Position numbers and translations under genes: made by a program
In this document: positions 61,856 through 64,000 of the stretch, in pieces
Layout of the letters: each line of letters starts with the position of its first letter
How positions within the stretch are numbered: the first letter of the stretch is position 1
Assembly (NCBI GenBank): GCA_963793425.1
Contig: CAWCAG010000007.1
Span: 224,001-288,000, forward strand
Direction: 5' to 3'
DNA length: 64,000 bases
Origin: an uncultured cyanobacterium
Lineage (GTDB): Bacteria > Cyanobacteriota > Cyanobacteriia > Cyanobacteriales > CAWCAG01
The notes under the pieces: generated by a model
The model's database searches: none
The model's input: only the letters and a program-made list of their open reading frames with translations
What the model was told of the DNA's origin: nothing

Positions 61856-62868
61856 TATTCTCGAACAATCAGAGTATAATTTCCCTTACTTTGAGATTCG
61901 TAGCTATTAACGATGATGCGATAAGTATCATCTTTTGGTAAGGTAATTGTTAGCTGAGAATTTTTGTTTTCATCACTAATATCATCATTTTGACCAATTA
62001 CCTGATTATCAGAATCAACTATGGCTAAATAAGGATCGAAGTCTTCACTTTTCAAAAAAATAGTTATAGATTGGGCGGTAGTTCCTGGCAATGAATAACT
62101 ATCGTATAAACTATTATCGGAACTGAGAGTTTTATCCCCTTCTTCCAAAGCCCCTTTCTTGACTAACAAAGGTAGAGAATCCTGATAACTCCCTGCATAA
62201 GTAACGGCACAGAGATTACCAAAAACCGGATGAATGTCGCAAGCAACCCCTGTCGCATTATATCGGGGTTCAAGGATATTCTGTCGATGAATGCGGTTAG
62301 TAATGCCATCACCAATAACCATTAGCATAACGATATCCTGGGCAGAACTGCCCCCGTAACTAATATTTTCTCCTTGCTTACCACTAGCTATGCCATAAAG
62401 GGCGATCGCCTCACTAACTTTAGTGCGATTGCTAGCCATCTCCTCATTGGTATCACTCCCTTCTTTGACTAAATCTTGAGCTGCCATAGACATACCGTTA
62501 AAGGTTGTTAAAGGCAATAAAGGTTCAGTTTGACGTAATACAGTAACTGCTTCATCTAAAGCGCTGACTCCTTCTTTGGTCAAGACGATGGTACGGCCAG
62601 GTATCCTTAACAAAGTGTCCTTGTAATATTGTCTCATCTCCTCAAGCCAATCTGCATAGGCCGCAGGATTAGTTCGCGCTAAGTTCATTTGGGCAATAAT
62701 TTCTTGTTCTAAAGCTGATAATGTCAGGTTTTCTTCTGATTGAGAAGGAACAACAATCTCTTCTTGGGCATTAACCAAAGGCTGCGTAGCGTTTACCACA
62801 CTAAACAATAAAGAACTGATTAGCAAGGTTGAAGGTATTCTTTTCATCGGCATAGTGAATCTCGGCAA
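61855..62868 (-). CDS. Secreted CAP/SCP-domain protein with a C-terminal PPC domain
   Basis: Signal peptide, MNLARTNP, GENISYG, HRQNIL, GVAC; C-terminal SEDFDPYL...NDD...SKGNYTL. Confidence 0.8.
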   Translation of the reverse strand: MPRFTMPMKRIPSTLLISSLLFSVVNATQPLVNAQEEIVVPSQSEENLTLSALEQEIIAQMNLARTNPAAYADWLEEMRQYYKDTLLRIPGRTIVLTKEGVSALDEAVTVLRQTEPLLPLTTFNGMSMAAQDLVKEGSDTNEEMASNRTKVSEAIALYGIASGKQGENISYGGSSAQDIVMLMVIGDGITNRIHRQNILEPRYNATGVACDIHPVFGNLCAVTYAGSYQDSLPLLVKKGALEEGDKTLSSDNSLYDSYSLPGTTAQSITIFLKSEDFDPYLAIVDSDNQVIGQNDDISDENKNSQLTITLPKDDTYRIIVNSYESQSKGNYTLIVRE

Positions 62869-63027
62869 TCCAGAACAAGTATTATAGAAGAAAATCCCCC
62901 TATCTTTCGTTACATTCTTAACTTGAAGAGCAAATTATTGAGAAATGTATTAATAGCTTACTTCAATGGATAAAGAATAATGTGACTAAGTAGGTTCTTT
63001 TCAATCCTTAAATCAGGATAGATCGTA

Positions 63028-63387
63028 CTAAAAAGGAATCCAATCCAATCTATCTAGCCATTCTTCTGCTTCACTCACCTCCCAAACCACGTATATTGCC
63101 TCTGCTATTTCACCTAATGATGCACCTGGACGTACCCAGAAAAGACCCCAAATCGTCCCTCCTTCTGCCCAATATTGTTCTAAATGCCCTGGCATACTTT
63201 TACGATTATCTGTTACTAGTAGTCTTTTGGATAACTCTAGATAACTTAAAATATCAGGGTCAAGAGTTGCTAAAGCTGGAGCATTTATTTCCCCTACACG
63301 GATAATATCTATAGTAGGATTGAGATTTAATACAGAGGTTTTGAGACGAGGTGATAGATTTTCATCAACTAAGAAACAGACTTTCAT
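63028..63387 (-). CDS. DUF5615 PIN-like toxin (VapC45-like)
   Basis: FLVDENL, DPDIL, LLVTDN; ATGA overlap with the DUF433 gene. Confidence 0.82.
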   Translation of the reverse strand: MKVCFLVDENLSPRLKTSVLNLNPTIDIIRVGEINAPALATLDPDILSYLELSKRLLVTDNRKSMPGHLEQYWAEGGTIWGLFWVRPGASLGEIAEAIYVVWEVSEAEEWLDRLDWIPF

Positions 63388-63716
63388 TGAGGATTGAATA
63401 TTGCTTTTGCTCTTTTTTCTCTAGCTTTCTTGAGACGTTGGATCAAAGGGTCTGGATTAGCTAACCACTCTTGGTAGCGCTGTTCTTTCCACCTTCTTAA
63501 GCGCACTAAGTAATCGTTTATTTCTTTTTGATTGTGTAGATAGTAAGTAATAGTTGCGTAAATTTCCTCTAAGCTCAAATCTGGGTAAACGGCGGCAATT
63601 TCATTGGGATTATAGCCGTTAAGGAAATAGTCTAGCACGTTGTCAATGCCAATACGATGTCCAGAGATACGAATATCATCGGGGGACAGAAAGTCAAAGT
63701 AATCTTCCAGTTTCAT
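63384..63716 (-). CDS. DUF433 antitoxin (VapB45-like)
   Basis: IRISGHRIGIDNVL, YPDLSLEEIYATITYYLHN. Confidence 0.88.
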   Translation of the reverse strand: MKLEDYFDFLSPDDIRISGHRIGIDNVLDYFLNGYNPNEIAAVYPDLSLEEIYATITYYLHNQKEINDYLVRLRRWKEQRYQEWLANPDPLIQRLKKAREKRAKAIFNPQ

Positions 63717-63900
63717 AGAGTATACGATTAAGAATCAATAATTAATTTAGCGCTTTTTGTCAAGGTATTGCTTAATTATTAAACAGTTCATCACTTGAAG
63801 AGGAAATTATTTAGAAATGTATCAATAGCTTATTGCAAGCTAATCTCAATATGCTATGTTAAGGTTATTGCAAATTATTCTGATTATCAAGAGGTGCATC

Positions 63901-64000
63901 ATGACTGTAAATTCTCAGCCAGTTAAACAGAGTAAGATTAAAATTGAAGTTAAGAATCTTGCTCCGGAAGCTAAGACAAACAATACTGTCAAAGGTTATC
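63901..64000 (+). CDS. Start of an unidentified ORF running off the window
   Basis: GAGGTG RBS, then ATG MTVNSQPVKQSKIKIEVKNLAPE..., open to the end of the window. Confidence 0.45.
   Translation, partial: MTVNSQPVKQSKIKIEVKNLAPEAKTNNTVKGY

Noticed and set aside
3610..63305. Numerous 60-160-aa ORFs antisense to or overlapping well-supported genes
   Set aside because: Shadow ORFs with no recognisable motifs.

Overview
AT-rich cyanobacterial chromosome segment, supported by about 30 HIP1 octamers (GCGATCGC, counted by eye), heptamer short tandem repeats, psaX, lrtA and a cyanobacterial-type 6S RNA. From left to right: (1) 1-11.6 kb is the 3' part of a surface-glycan cluster with four sulfotransferases, several glycosyltransferases, a Wzy/ligase-like protein, an RfbE-like epimerase and WecB/TagA, followed by a LEVG-type PEP-CTERM gene. 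(2) dps, sulfiredoxin and an HTTM gene follow. (3) A CRISPR array of 49 x 37-bp repeats (I-D-like, leader on the right, no cas genes in the window). Its trailer-end spacer is split by a 290-bp MITE with a 9-bp target duplication; a second, inverted MITE copy lies at 57.8 kb beside a broken LRR-Roc-COR gene. (4) glcE, Uma2, a flippase-like/unknown gene pair, a ~2,900-aa Ser/Thr kinase-AAA-GAF-PAS-histidine kinase split by a homopolymer frameshift, glcD and a tnpB 3'-end remnant. (5) Mostly housekeeping genes: nrnA-like, HNH, alr, ABC, amidase, psaX, murG, argC, ribBA, 6S RNA, a histidine kinase with degenerate ATP-binding boxes, ctaB-ctaA/coxBAC (coxA also frameshifted in a homopolymer), lipB, lrtA, a CAP-PPC protein and a DUF433/DUF5615 toxin-antitoxin pair. 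All family assignments come from motif recognition; no database searches were run. I found no complete novel multi-gene system. The best-supported unusual signal is the MITE-in-spacer event.
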